Below are positions 39,903 to 54,540 of a stretch of DNA of 64,000 nt, piece after piece. The notes beneath the pieces are model-generated. The model made no database searches. It was not told the origin of the DNA and worked only from the letters and a program-made list of their open reading frames with translations. Position numbers and translations under genes: made by a program. Source of the DNA: Octopus sinensis (taxonomy: Eukaryota); contig NC_043014.1 in the NCBI RefSeq assembly GCF_006345805.1, positions 18,290,001-18,354,000 on the forward strand, given 5' to 3'. Each line of letters opens with the position of its first letter. Position 1 is the first letter of the stretch.

Positions 39903-41889
39903 TAATTATATATATATATATAACATATATACATACATGCACATATACATATATATACACACTTCTACACAGTTCTTGTCAGCAAAATTCACTTATAAGT
40001 AAGTAATTACTAAACAATAATCAACCCAGAATTAGAAACATAAATCTTAATTAAAGAACATAAACCAATAGACATTGCTACATAACAATCTATAACTTTT
40101 GAAATACGGAAACATAATTAAACAAACCAAACGTAAATTAAAGAATAACATAACGCGCTTAGCTATCAGGCAGCTATCGATAACCTTGATTATAGAAAAT
40201 ATACGTGGATGAATATTTCCATCTAAAAATATATAAATAATATGAAATAACTAAAACACCCACATCGTAATGAAAATGTTCACTAACATATTTAAAGCAT
40301 TAAAACATAATTAAAACGAGTTAATGTACACCAACGGAATAACACATCGCTTTAACTATCCGGTATCAATTATCTTTAGCATGGGAATAAATTGACGTAG
40401 ATCTATAACTACTATATAGAAATTTAAACCAATATTTTAACAGTAAGTACAACATATATACAATACAACATCGACTGAATCAAACAAAACGTAGCGAAAA
40501 TATTCGTTATACAAAAGCATCATGGTGCCTACGTACTTCGAATAAAGCCGCTTAATCGCTGTACGGGCACAAGATTGTAATCTGTAAGTGGAAGTCCAGA
40601 ATTACTCTTTAACAGAAGTGACGATGAATACAACACAATAGAGCAATATATACCATAAACTATAAGACAACGACATTACATTTAATACTACTTAAAATTA
40701 GTCGTCCTGTACTAAGTCATAAACAAGAAATGACTCAGAACTTGTAATTTCGCAGTTTCTCCTAAGTTAATAATTGAAACGTTTATCTCATTTTCCTAAC
40801 GTAACCTTGTTTTCCATGTGCATGATTAACCTTTTAAATGTTACCCAAATTACACCAAACTTATAGCTTACTCTTAGCGGAATTCTCCTGGCTCTCCGTC
40901 GGTTACGACTACAAGTGTTCCAGTCGATCTGGTTAACGGAACTGTGAAGTTAACATGCAAGTGGCTGAGCACTCCACAACTACGTATATCTTTAACAAGA
41001 TCCAGCGTGACACAGGCCCCTTGAAACACAGGTACCACTCCAGCGTGACACAGGCCCTTTAAATTACAGGTACCAGTCAATTTTGATAGCTGAGTGAACT
41101 GTAGCAACGTGAAATAAAGTGTTTTGTTGAAGGACACAACGCGCTGCCGGGAATCGAACTCACCACCTTACGATCGTGTGTCGAATACTCTAACCACTAA
41201 TCCAGGTGCCTTGGCAAAGCTACTCAGTATTTGTGAAAATTAAAGTTACCAGTTTTATTATAAATATTACAGCCTTTTTATCCCCACAAATTATCTTAAC
41301 ACCTAAACAGTTCACCTCATCTGCCGAGTCACCATTTCTATTCGCTTAGAGATGTTCTGGATATATTCTACGAAGTAAATATTCAAAGTAATTGTTAAGT
41401 ATATATGCAGTTAATTCTAAGCTGTTTGATTTAATTCATCTTCCTTAATAATAAATCCCAAGATAACAAAACTCATATGAAGACAACTATACATCGGATA
41501 ATAAAAGGCTAAAATTACCACCGATTGGAATACACTAACATGTTTACATATCCTCTCCACTTAAGCAATATCTGTGCAGTCAACCATAATGCTAACCATC
41601 TCTGTTTTGCTATTACTTAAACAAATAAAACCATTATATCTACATTTGGATAATAACAAAAATAACTTCACCGTTTCCAACGGAAATATATTTATAACAT
41701 TTATGATCGCTATAACAATAACTTTAAAAATACCGTCTTCTGTCCTTTTCAAATCGAGATTAGTATACAGTATAGAAATAGCATATACATGCTTACCCCG
41801 AACTACTTTATATTTGCGGCTTGCTTTAAAATTGTTTACTCGACCTCATATTACTAAATAAGTCAACAGCAAAGTTTTTAGAATACGGA

Positions 41890-42123
41890 GGTGCAGATGG
41901 TAAAGGTAGATGATGTTGAAAGTGATTAGATTCTCAGAGAAGAGGAAGGTGGCACCGAAACATGCGTCGATATAACGGACTATGGCTCTGATGATGTACC
42001 AGAATACTGGAAGTAGGTTTGGGACTAAACGTAGTCGAGAAATAAACAAGCGTAGTTGGTTCCCATTCTCATCTCAATGGTCATTCCAGGGAGCAGTTCA
42101 TACATCTCATCCTCAAAGGAAAA
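41890..42123 (-). pseudogene. Penelope-like reverse transcriptase remnant
   Basis: FSFEDEMYELLPGMTIEMRMGTNYACLFLDYV*...VRYIDACFGAT resembles PLE RT FxFxxxxYxQxxGxAMGxxMGPxYAxLF...RYIDD. Confidence 0.75.
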
Positions 42124-42134
42124 ACAATATATAT

Positions 42135-42166
<32 letters not shown>

Positions 42167-42582
42167 CTCTTTTACTCTTTTACTTGTTTAAGTCATTTGA
42201 CTGCGGCCATGCTGGAGCACCGCCTTTAGTCGAGCAAATCGACCCCGAGACTTATTTTTTGTAAGCCTAGTACTTATTCTATCGGTCTCTTTTGCCGAAC
42301 CGCTAAGTGACGGGAACGTAAACACACCAGCATTGGTTGTCAAGCAATGCTAGGGGGACAAACACAAACACACAAACACACACATACATACATATATATA
42401 TATAATATATATATATATATACGACAGGCTTCTTTCAGTATCTATCTACCAAATCCACTCACAAGGCATTGGTCGGCCCGGGGCTATAGCAGGAGACACT
42501 TGCCCAAGATGCCACGCAGTGGGACTGAACCCGGAACCATGTGGTTGGTTAGCAAGCTACTTACCACACAGCCACTCCTGCG

Positions 42583-42585
<3 letters not shown>
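42167..42585 (-). mobile_element. Full-length SINE family B
   Basis: tRNA-like head ggagtggctgtgtggtaag...gggttcagtccc, cttgggcaagtgtct core, internal (TA)/(CA) repeat, tail (gtaaaaga)n. Confidence 0.85.
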
Positions 42586-42621
<36 letters not shown>

Positions 42622-42949
42622 CCATACACACATAGACTACAAAGGCTTTGAAAAGTACAGATACGTCAGGAGTCAATGATGATGGAACACTTATATGATA
42701 TTTTTTGCGTACTAGAAATAACACTCAAAGTTCCTCAAATCACATCCTACAATCTTAACAATGGATATATTCGATTATATTGTTCTGGCTTCATTAAATA
42801 AATAATGTCTTTGACTGTGGATCTCTTTAGCCAGGGCATATCTGTCACTGATCGATAACAAATAGCATATATACACACACGCGCGTGCGCGCGCGTGCTC
42901 TGGAAATACATACGGTAATGCATCTACGTAGATATTGTTTTCATATATT

Positions 42950-43143
42950 GGCACAAGGCCAGCAAGTTCGAGGAGAGGATACATCGATTATATCGACCTC
43001 AGTGTTCAACTACTACTTATTTAACCGGCCATGAAAGGATGAAAGGCAAAATCAACCTCGGGGAAATTTGAACTCAGAACGCAAAGACAAAATGCCGCCA
43101 AACATTTTGCTTGGCGTGCTAGCGACATTGGCAGCTCGCAGCC
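42950..43143 (-). mobile_element. SINE family A
   Basis: Reverse complement of the family A consensus. Further minus-strand copies at about 39255-39385 and 51690-51860. Confidence 0.75.
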
Positions 43144-43204
43144 GTATTCATACGCATACATATTAACATGCACTCTCTCAAAGAAATCCACTTAAAAAAT
43201 CACC

Positions 43205-43250
<46 letters not shown>

Positions 43251-43472
43251 ATAGTACTCACATTTATAAAAATACAATCACACACAGTTACACGAGAACA
43301 GCACGTGAAACACAAAGAAACCACTTACACGTGCACACTAAATAAACACACAGACACTCTAACACAGGAAACGACACACGCACATTACACATAGAATCCC
43401 CCCGACACATACATTGTTATGAGCCAACGGACAAACTTTTATGTTGTTGCTCGGCATAAGCTGCCATATCTT

Positions 43473-43572
43473 NNNNNNNNNNNNNNNNNNNNNNNNNNNN
43501 NNNNNNNNNNNNNNNNNNNNNNNNNNNNNNNNNNNNNNNNNNNNNNNNNNNNNNNNNNNNNNNNNNNNNNNN
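43473..43572. other. Assembly gap (100 N)
   Basis: Run of N. Confidence 1.
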
Positions 43573-44301
43573 GGTAGACGGAAACTAAAAGAGGCTCGTC
43601 ATATATATAGATGTATATATATATTTATGTCTGTGTCTTTGTGCCTGTGTTTATCCGCCAACTACCGCTTGACAACCGGTTTTGGTGTGTTTACGTCCCT
43701 GTAATTAGTGGTTCGGCAAAGAGGAACGTTAGAATAAGTACTAGGCATAAACATATACTGGGGTCAATTGGTTCTACTAAAATTCATCAAGGTGGTACCC
43801 CAGCATGGCCGCAGTCTAATGACGGAAACAAGTAAAGGTTAAATATGATGTAATATAATATAATATAATATGAGTGTAGAATAAGAACAGAAATGGTTTC
43901 AGAATGTCTCTTCCATGTTGCAGAATTGAGATGATCACTGCACGTTCAACATCTTAGTATTTTTCTCAGAATCGAATTAAAAATTTTTAATACGGCTTAA
44001 GAAAGAGATTTTTTATGATGTAATCGAGCTATCAATCAAATAAGAAAAAACGTGTGTGAAACAGCTGTAGCAAAACCTTTAAACCAATTGTGTTCTTATT
44101 TAATGTAAACACCATCCCTGGAGGTTTCCTTAGATTGTATCTGGAACTTACATTGAATTGCGTATCTCTATGCCGGTGTGCATGGGTATGTAATTTCATG
44201 TAGGTATATATTTACTCGTATGTGTATATTTGTGTGTTTGCATCTAAGTGCATATGTATAAGTGACTGTATATGCCCGAATATGCGTGGGTACACACGGG
44301 T

Positions 44302-44352
<51 letters not shown>

Positions 44353-44685
44353 GTGCAATGGCCCGGACTCGCGGTCGTAGAATCGCAGTTTCGATTCCCA
44401 GACCAGGCGTTGGGAGTGTATCTTGAGCGAAAACACCTAAAGCTCCACGAAGCTCCGGCAGTGGGTGGTGGCGATCCCTGCTGTACTCTTTCGCCTCAAC
44501 TTTCTCTCACTCATTCTTCTGTTGGCCTGCTCGCTTAGCAACGGGTTGGCGACATTTGAAAGCTAAAACAATCCGAAGCGCATTGTGACCAGTGATGTGT
44601 AGCAACATCTGATAGCCTGGTCGATCACGGGATCACGTGAGATATATATATATATATATATATATACTATATATATATATATATA

Positions 44686-45026
44686 CGAGGGGCTACTGAA
44701 AAGGTCTTGATTGTGGATAAAAGAAAATACAAAAGGATTAGCTAATTATGATTTTATCGATAAATAAAGTACCAGCACTGTGGTCGATGTAATCGACTCA
44801 ATCCCTTTGTCTGTCCTTGTTTGTTCCCTCTATGTTTAGCCCCTTGTGGGTAGTAAAGAAATATAATTATGATTTTATCCAACATATTAACCTTTTAGAT
44901 TCATACACTTACTGCAGAGGTCGTTCACTTTATGTAAGCCTTATAAAAGAAGTCCGAAAATTGGGCCTCCAGCCTGGCCTTTCGCGACACCCTTCAAGCT
45001 AGGGGCTACTTTTCAGTACCACTCCT
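44686..45026. mobile_element. Mariner-type MITE with a 5'-truncated SINE A inserted (44759-44863, 16-bp TSD)
   Basis: Ends ta-cgaggggctactgaaaag / cttttcagtaccactc; taattatgattttatc at 44743-44758 and 44864-44879; a related MITE fragment lies at about 51866-52012. Confidence 0.75.
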
Positions 45027-45035
45027 AACGCACAT

Positions 45036-45143
<108 letters not shown>

Positions 45144-45544
45144 GAAGAGATATGTATGTATGTATGTATGTACGTACGTACGTATGTATGTATGTATGTA
45201 TGTATGTATGTATGGATGGATGGATGGATGGATGATGGATGGTGACTGAGTAGCTGGCTGGATTGAAAAATAACACTAATGATATAATGCGCATATCCTT
45301 TTATATTACAGTAAGTTAATTCCAAAGGTTATTATAATTAAGTAATTTCAAAATATAGTAATATGTATTTTACTATGTTAATCTGTTTTTCAATGCATAT
45401 TATTGGATTTGAAAGTTGTTCGTCTGCAATAACAAACTTTGGAATTAATTCCCTGAATATGAAAAGCAAAATTCTTTTGACTTTTCATTATTACTTTTCC
45501 ATATTTCTTGACTTGTGTGGAATAGCTTTTAATTATATTATATG

Positions 45545-45576
<32 letters not shown>

Positions 45577-46003
45577 ATATTATATTATATATATATTATA
45601 TATATATATATATATATATGTATATGTATATATGTATATAAACATCTGTAGAGGTAAGCATATATATGTATGTATGTATGTACGTATGTATGTATATACA
45701 TATACATATACGAAAATTTGAATATCTAGAATGTTTGCTCAACACCGCATTGATGGACAGAATTTCTTTATTTGTGTATTCAGGCTACTATGGTTTCATG
45801 TGTAAGAAATATCTTAATATTTTACCATTATATATGCCGATCAGATGTAAGAATTGTGTTCGTCTCAATTTGGATGAAAACATATATGTATGTCTGTATA
45901 CACACACACACACACACACACCACACACACACACACACCCACCACACACACACACACACACATACACACACACACACACACACCACACATATATATATAT
46001 ATA

Positions 46004-46044
<41 letters not shown>

Positions 46045-46389
46045 TAGTAAACAGTAAAAATAATTACAGACATGGACAAGAACATGAAACACACAGAGAC
46101 GACACAAGAACCACAGGACGGGACATTCGAAGCCCTCAGTCATCAGTCAAGAACCAGATCATCTTAGCAATTTCGGCTGATTAATCTTGAGATTGCTCCG
46201 ATATGGCCAGCCCGCCAAGGGAAATCTAAGCCAAGCGCATTAGATCCCCTGGAAGAAAGCTTCGAATGTATACAACGCGAGGACGGAAAACGAACGAAGT
46301 ACATAAACAAAAATACAGAATATATATATATATATATATGAATATATACATATGCATGGGTGGGTGTCTGTACTTGTATGCTGTATGTC

Positions 46390-46435
<46 letters not shown>

Positions 46436-47280
46436 TATATATATATATATGTATGTTTATCTATCTATCTATCTATCTATCTTTCTACCTATCACTATTT
46501 CCCACTCGTTTATCTCCCCTGTAACTTTCTCTTAATATGATTTTTTTTTTATAATCCTTCAAAATCACTGCCCTACACATCTCTCCTCCTTCCATGTGAC
46601 CGGTGTCCAGCCAGTCATATCTTTCCTTCTTGGCCTGACTTCCGCCAGCTCAATTTCATTCGTTCGCAGTCGAAAGACGCCCGTTGTTATTTCATGTTTG
46701 TATTCTTAACTGTGTACCATGTTCTCCCTTTTTTTTGTTTATATGTTTTTGTCTTTGTTGCACTACACATTCGCTAGCTTTCTTACAAAGGGGTCTCATG
46801 CTCTTAGCTTAGACTTTTTGGGGGGCAACCAGATCGAACCATCTCAAGTGTAACTGCCGGAAATGGTCTTGACTTCTGGGACTTGACTGATAAAAGAAAG
46901 CCTAGAAAGACCCGTCTTTTTTTTGCTTGTCCTTCTAATTGTTGTTTCTCTTGTCCGGCTTTGTATCATCTATCTGTCCGAACGTTTTTATGTCCTCTAT
47001 TGCTTTTTTGTTCCATTTATATATATATAGCGGCGTACGTACACTCTTGTGCTCATCTTAGAGAAGGTATGTATCTAAATTTTGTACGACCCTTACTCTA
47101 TCTTTTATTCCCCCTTTCATCTTCCTTTCTATTCTCGCTCCCCCTCTCTCACATTTCTTGGTTCTCTCTTTCTTTAACTTCCACTATTTCCCACTCGTAT
47201 ATCTCTCCTGTACCTTTCTCTTTGTCTCTAATTTTTTCTAATCCTTCAATCATCTATCTGCCCTCTATTGCGTTATTGCT

Positions 47281-47330
<50 letters not shown>

Positions 47331-48613
47331 GTATGTATGGTAGTATATGAAATCTTCCATAATATAATATTAATGTATAGAATGAAATGTTTAGTTTTAA
47401 TATAATGTTTCTCAATCATCTTTTATCTATGAACTATTTTACTCAGACGATGTTTAAAACTCATATAGTTTTTATAATTAGATATTAATGGGAAGTGTAC
47501 AAAAATTTGCTAAAATATTTCTTGTATTGTAGAAGTATAACTATTTTAACAGACAAAATCCTGTATCGACGCTCAAGGGACATAAGCACCCCGATTGTGA
47601 GTCATCGAGTTATATAATGGTTATAATGGAAGGTCACGATTGGCTTTCAATATTTAATAGCGCCTTTGATTTTGCTACATATTTAAAATACCATTGCACC
47701 ATATATAGCCATAGCGCCATATGCAGAATAATAATATACATTAGGTATAAAAGATCGCATTTCAAAAAATAGAAAAAGTAATTTAAAAGAATTATCGATA
47801 TTTCAAGCCCTTCGGGACTTTCAGTCCACTCCGTATAAAGGGGTATAGTTATGTAATGAATAGAATAGCACATTTTAATAGTTACCGTCCATTTTTGTTG
47901 AGCCAGATTATAAAGAACACAATATAAAAAAAAAAGCCACCGTGTTAGACGAGTACAAACAGAAATACAAACAGAATTTATGCACGCACCTAGACACACA
48001 CGAAGATATATGCACGCGCGCATACATATATCTGTACAGTTTCCGTCTACCTGATCCCGTATGTAATGGATAATATATACTGAGTGAATGGTTTCTTTTG
48101 ATAGATTTAAAACTTGTTTTAGTCATCAGATTTAAAACTTCACATTAATTTAATATAAACCGCATATCTAAGAGAATGTTAAAATTAAAGATATATATGT
48201 CACTGTAAAGATAAGGTACCACAGGTTCTTATGCGAAAGTCCGTGTTAATACGAAGGCTTTCCACACTGATAACTCTATCTATCTGTTTCTCTCTCTCTT
48301 CTTCTTTGTAAGAATTAGCTGCACCATACTCTTTAGAGACTCGTGGAAAATTCTTCGGTGTCTCTTTCCTCCAAGAAATAGAGGAGAGTTGAGCGAGGGT
48401 TTGAGAGCCTCTTAGCCTCATGTGACAAACTCCACACAAAGAATGCAGAGAAATTAGCAGATTTGGAGCTACTGTATGTCATGGAATCGTTAAAAAAAAA
48501 CATCCTTGACAGAGAGGCACCTTCTATTCTAAACTGAATAAACATCATCCCCGTAAGTGTGTGGGTTTGAATCTAAGTTAACAATTACTATTTCCTCAAC
48601 TCCACGAAGCAGC

Positions 48614-50331
48614 GACGTTGTTAAATCGTTTCCATATCGGACGAATCGGACAAAATGTTAAGTAGCATTTTTTTCGACTATTTACGTTCCCAGTTCAAAT
48701 TACGCCGAGGTCCTCTTCGCTATCCATCCGTTTCATGTCGAGCTCTGGAGTCGATCTAATCGACTAACTGATCTATTCCATCTCAATCACAGATTTTTAA
48801 ATTAATTTTTAAAAACTAAGTAGTTTGAAACTTCGAATACTGGTAGAAATTCTCATGTAGAACACGGTTTACTCTGAACGTTTTTGGTTGATTGGTTGAA
48901 ATTACCCAACTACGACAACTTTAACACGAAATAACTTCTAAAATAGAAGATTCTGTCAAAATCGTTCAGAGTAAACCGTGTTCTATGTGAGAAATACTAC
49001 CAGTATTCGAAGTTTCAAACTGTTTAGTTAAAAAAATTAATTTAAAAAATCTGTGGTTAAGATGGAATAGATCCTAACTAACTTGCTCTCATAAAATTTT
49101 AGGCCTTGTACCAATAGTAGAAAAATTTTGTTTTGGCTGGCAGTATTTTTAGGACACAGGAGACAAAAGCTTAGCGACATTTCTTCCGGTTGAAGCGCCG
49201 CCTGGGTCGACTTCGATTTTCATCTTTCAGGATCGATAAAATACATACCAGTCGAGCAATGCAGTCGATAAAATTCACCTAGCGACCTCCTCAGAAATTT
49301 CAGATATTGTGCGTATAGCAGAAAGGAATATTTTATCAATCTCTGAAGAGAGGAATGACATTGTTAAATCGTTTCCATATAGGACGAATCGGACAAAATG
49401 TTAAGTAGCATTTTTTTCGACTATTTACGTTCCCAGTTCAAATTACGCCGAGGTCCTCTTCGCTATCCATCCGTTCATGTCGAGCTCTGGAGTCGATCTA
49501 ATCGACTAACTGATCTATTCCATCTCAATCACAGATTTTTAAATTAATTTTTAAAAACTAAGTAGTTTGAAACTTCGAATACTGGTAGAAATTCTCATGT
49601 AGAACACGGTTTACTCTGAACGTTTTTGGTTGATTGGTTGAAATTACCCAACTACGACAACTTTAACACGAAATAACTTCTAAAATAGAAGATTCTGTCA
49701 AAATCGTTCAGACTAAACCGTGTTCTATGTGAGAAATACTACCAGTATTTGAAGTTTCAACTGTTTAGTTAAAAAAATTAATTTAAAAAATCTGTGGTTA
49801 GATGGAATAGATCCTAACTAACTTGCTCTCATAAAATTTTAGGCCTTGTACCAATAGTAGAAAAATTTTGTTTTGGCTGGCAGTATTTTTAGGACACAGG
49901 AGACAAAAGCTTAGCGACATTTCTTCCGGTTGAAGCGCCGCCTGGGTCGACTTCGATTTTCATCTTTCAGGATCGATAAAATACATACCAGTCGAGCAAT
50001 GCAGTCGATAAAATTCACCTAGCGACCTCCCTCAGAAATTTCAGATATTGTGCGTATAGCAGAAAGGAATATTTTATCAATCTCTGAAGAGAGGAATGAC
50101 ATTGTTAAATCGTTTCCATATAGGACGAATCGGACAAAATGTTAAGTAGCATTTTTTCGACTATTTACGTTCCGAGTTCAAATTACGCCGAGGTCCTCTT
50201 CGCTATCCATCCGTTTCATGTCGAGCTCTGGAGTCGATCTAATCGACTAACGGATCTATTCCATCTCAATCACAGATTTTTAAATTAATTTTTAAAAACT
50301 AAGTAGTTTGAAACTTCGAATACTGGTAGAA
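48614..50331 (+). repeat. Tandem duplication of a ~742-bp unit (2.3 copies) made of SINE A pieces and a 306-bp MITE
   Basis: Unit starts at 48614, 49357 and 50098; copies are near-identical. Confidence 0.9.
48769..49074. mobile_element. MITE with ~120-bp TIRs (GGATC termini), related to the element at 16392-18321
   Basis: (g)gatctattccatc...tttgaaacttcgaatactggtagaa / ctaccagtattcgaagtttcaaa...gatggaatagatcc; flanks cgactaac / taactaac; further copies at 49511-49814 and 50252-50331 (partial). Confidence 0.85.
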
Positions 50332-50676
50332 TTTGAACTCCGAGGTGTAAATAGCAAACAACTACAGTTTAAAAAGAGCATTTGTCCAACTAAAGTTTAA
50401 AAGAGGATTTATTTATCCGATGCACAAACACTTCCACCATTCCACACTATAGGCCCCTACTTTATTATGAAGTAAATTTGTTTTAATATCTTATGCCACA
50501 CTTTATGATTGATCAGTTAGAATTACCGACTATTTACGTTGGTGTATTTTATTTATTACATTAGTTAGTCAGATGGGAATGAAAGTAAGTATCATGACCT
50601 TTGCAGAGTCTAACGGAGACAGACCCAAAAGATCGATTTAGTTTGAGTAGCTTGAACATCAACACACACACACACA

Positions 50677-50765
<89 letters not shown>

Positions 50766-52036
50766 GTGTCTCATTTAATTAGGTGTGAAAGAAATTAAGG
50801 TTAATGTAAACAGTGTATTTACGGGGTTGCCACAAATATCGTGGTGGACGGATGAGGGCTGAGCTTAATCATTAAAATACAATTATTGATGTGTGTCAAC
50901 CTGAAAACCGTATAGATTCTGTCTCATAAGAGAAGATTTATTTGGCATCGAAATTTGGTGGTGAGTGTGGTGCTTGGTGAAATTTAGTTGGGTGTTGGAT
51001 CGGAGATTTATTTGTTAATGAGGTTAGAAATAAATTAAGATTTCAGGAAAAAAAATCATGACGAGGAATCAAAATTAAGAAAAACAACAAAAAAGAACAA
51101 TAAAAATAAATAAATAAAATAAAAACTCAAGAATACTTAGCAAAATGATTTGGTTTGACATTTATAGAAAGGTGTTTATGGTAATGGTGTTAGTGGTGGT
51201 GGTGGTGGTTGCGGCGATGGCAGAAGCGGGGGCGGAGGCATTAACTTTATGACACTAACGACTTTTAACTAGAAATTGGGTTGTTATATTCCATTCCCTT
51301 TCTCTCTCTTTCTCCGCACGCACACATACACACACACACAAACACACACACATGTATGTATGTATGTATGTATAAAGAGAAAGATATAAGTGTAGTGAGG
51401 TGGCAAAAGGAACACATTCCCACGGCAAATGGTCAGTTGAACAACACCGGAACTTCGCCTCCGCAACGCGAGCTCCGGATGAAGGGTCAAACAAACTCTA
51501 AATCAGACGCTGTTCTCATGTCGATTAACATTCAGAACAAATTGTGAAACATTTATTTATATCATAGTTTCAAATATCGGAAATCGAGCAATCATAGGTG
51601 TCTTCCGAAAACATTTCCAGTAATATATGTAGGAACTCAGATGTAATAATGCTAATAACAATAATAACAATATCAATAATAATAATAATGATTTCAAATT
51701 TTTCCACAAGGGCAGCAATTTTGGGGAGTGGACTAGTACTTATTTTATCGACCCCGAAATGATGAAAAGGTAAGTAGATCACGGCGGAATTTGAACTCAA
51801 AACGTAAAAACGGACGAAACACCTCTAAGCATTTCGCCCGGTGTGCTAACGATTCACCGAGTTCTTTTTACAGGGTTCAGAAAAACTGAAGGAACGTTGC
51901 AATAAGTGTGTGAATATGAGAAAGGGGGATATATGGGGGATAAAGTAATAATTAACTGATCCTCCTGTTGTTTCTGTCACCCAAAGGCCAGGAACATTTC
52001 AGTACAGCCTCGGTAATGGAGTGCATGTATAGGTGT

Positions 52037-52100
<64 letters not shown>

Positions 52101-52210
52101 ACGCACAAATATTGCAATATTTATATATGCACATATGTACCTATCTATCTGTGTACATGTATCTGTCTATCTATATATATGTATGTGTGTATATACATAC
52201 ATACATACAG

Positions 52211-52248
<38 letters not shown>

Positions 52249-52479
52249 TATATATATATATATATATTATATATATATATATATATACCCACACATACAT
52301 ATATACATATACATACTGAAAGGCATACATACATATATATACATAGAAAATATGGACCATAGAACTCTCTATATTCAGTAAAACAGTAAAATAATTGGTC
52401 CACAATTTGTTTTCAGTGCCAGTACTGATTGGACACTGGATGAGATCCAAGCCATGGATGTGAAAACCCGAAAAATACT

Positions 52480-53545
52480 AATAAACAAAATAATTTCCAC
52501 ATAAGCAGTAATGTAGACCTCCTCTACCAAAAACGAAAACAAGGCGGAAGAGGTTTAACATCGATCCAAAATGCCATTGAATGTCGTAACATATCCCTTT
52601 GGCAATATCTTTTAACCACCAAGTGCCGAAGTGCATCCCTAGACCAAGTTTGCATACATAAGGCTGATAACATAAGATTTGGAAGGCAGCTCCTTGAGCA
52701 ACATTCCTTGTCTGATAACGTAGAAGTCGCACGAGTCTACTGCAGTGTATCATCAGATGAAAGATAAACCTATATGAGCAGAAGACAATGCAAGGATATG
52801 TTAGTAAGAAAGTTCCGAGAAGATAGTAACATTGATCATCAAAGCAGTCTATCATGGACCAATAGCCAGATTACTACCTCCCACTTTGAAGGATATGCGT
52901 TTGCAATCCGGGAACTGGAAATATCAACCAAATACCTGATGCACAAAAAGGATAGAGATGGAGAAAAAGCAATAAAATGTGACAATCGATGCAGACCTTG
53001 TGGAGTTAACACCGAAGATATCATCCACATCATGAGCAGTTGTCCGAAAATGTTATCACGGTGTTTATTTACCGATGAGACATGATGTTGTAGCTGGGAC
53101 ACTCCATAATGAAATTATCGGAAGGATAACACCGAGGACAAAGAAATAAGAACCCACAGTGTGATAGAAGCCATAGCCACTCATAATAAAAAGATGTACT
53201 GGTGGAATGTCTCAGTGAAAACCCCAGTAAAATGTAAAGCACAACAAACTTGATATAATGTGCAAATTTGTATGCCCAGTAGATGCTAACATACAGCTGA
53301 AGATCAGTGAAAACGTAAATACTACGCTGAACTATTTGAGAAATCTGCGATTACTCCATCCAGATTAGAAGTTCAGCTTTATACGTGTAATTATTGGGGT
53401 TCTGGGATATGTGACACACTGCCTAAATACAAATCTTGAGAAATTAGGCTTCTCAAAACCAGAAATTCGAAGACTACAGATCCAATCCATCACTGGAACT
53501 TTGAAATTCTGTGAAAACATTTTTAGAAGTTTTATCATTTAGATA
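52480..53545 (+). pseudogene. Decayed 3' part of an R4/Dong-like LINE (CCHC plus restriction-like endonuclease)
   Basis: SHFEGYAFAIRELEISTKY...CRPCGVNTEDIIHIMSSC, then RHDVVA and WWNVSVKT; multiple frameshifts. Confidence 0.75.
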
Positions 53546-54540
53546 TATAAGAGCATGTCAAGATATGCAGGTATATGCTTGAGACATGCATAAAACAAAA
53601 CATACAAATTTGCACATATTTACACGTACATACATGCAGACATACATACATTCATACATACATGCATACATACATACATACATACAAAAATACCCTGTTG
53701 TTGACGTTGAAATTCCAATAAAGGAGCCTTCTATCTACGTCAGAAAGCAACTTTTTTTTCTATTGGCAAGAAATCTTGAAATAAAATCGAAAAATGACAT
53801 TCATACATTCATGCATACATACATGCAAATACGCATTCATACATACATAAGTATATACATACATATCAAAGCAGCTGACTAAAACATCTGGTACATTTTT
53901 AGTTCCATGTTACATCACAGGATGGGATTTATAAAGATACACATGAAGCGAAAAACATGTATAGAATCTCCTATGCGTAATTCTTCAGACAAAGATTCAA
54001 CTATAATAATTATACCTTTCTTATGTCTATCTTGTAATAAAATACGGGTAGCATGGAATTGAAAATACAACAAATATTTTCATTATTGTGTTTGATATGT
54101 AATTACTGTGCAAATAGTAATTATGCAATTACTCTGAGAATTCTATACACATACTTTTCATTAATAGGAACATTCAGAAGTGATACATACAAATTGGATT
54201 ATAACCCCTTACATACAGAAATTTGTAAGTACACACACACACACACACTTATATATATATATACATACATATACATGCATACCATACATACACACGCATA
54301 TATACACACATGTATATGTAACACATTTTTCAGCAAAACAATTAACAGTAAAATGCCTACGTCACACAATGTCTTGAATATAACCTTTATATCATTTTCT
54401 CATCTTATGCATTACGCTTGACGTCCAGACACATACAACACACACACACACATACACACACATATATATGTATATATGTACTTACATGCATGCATTTATG
54501 TATGTATGTATGAATGTATGTACGTACACACACACACTCA

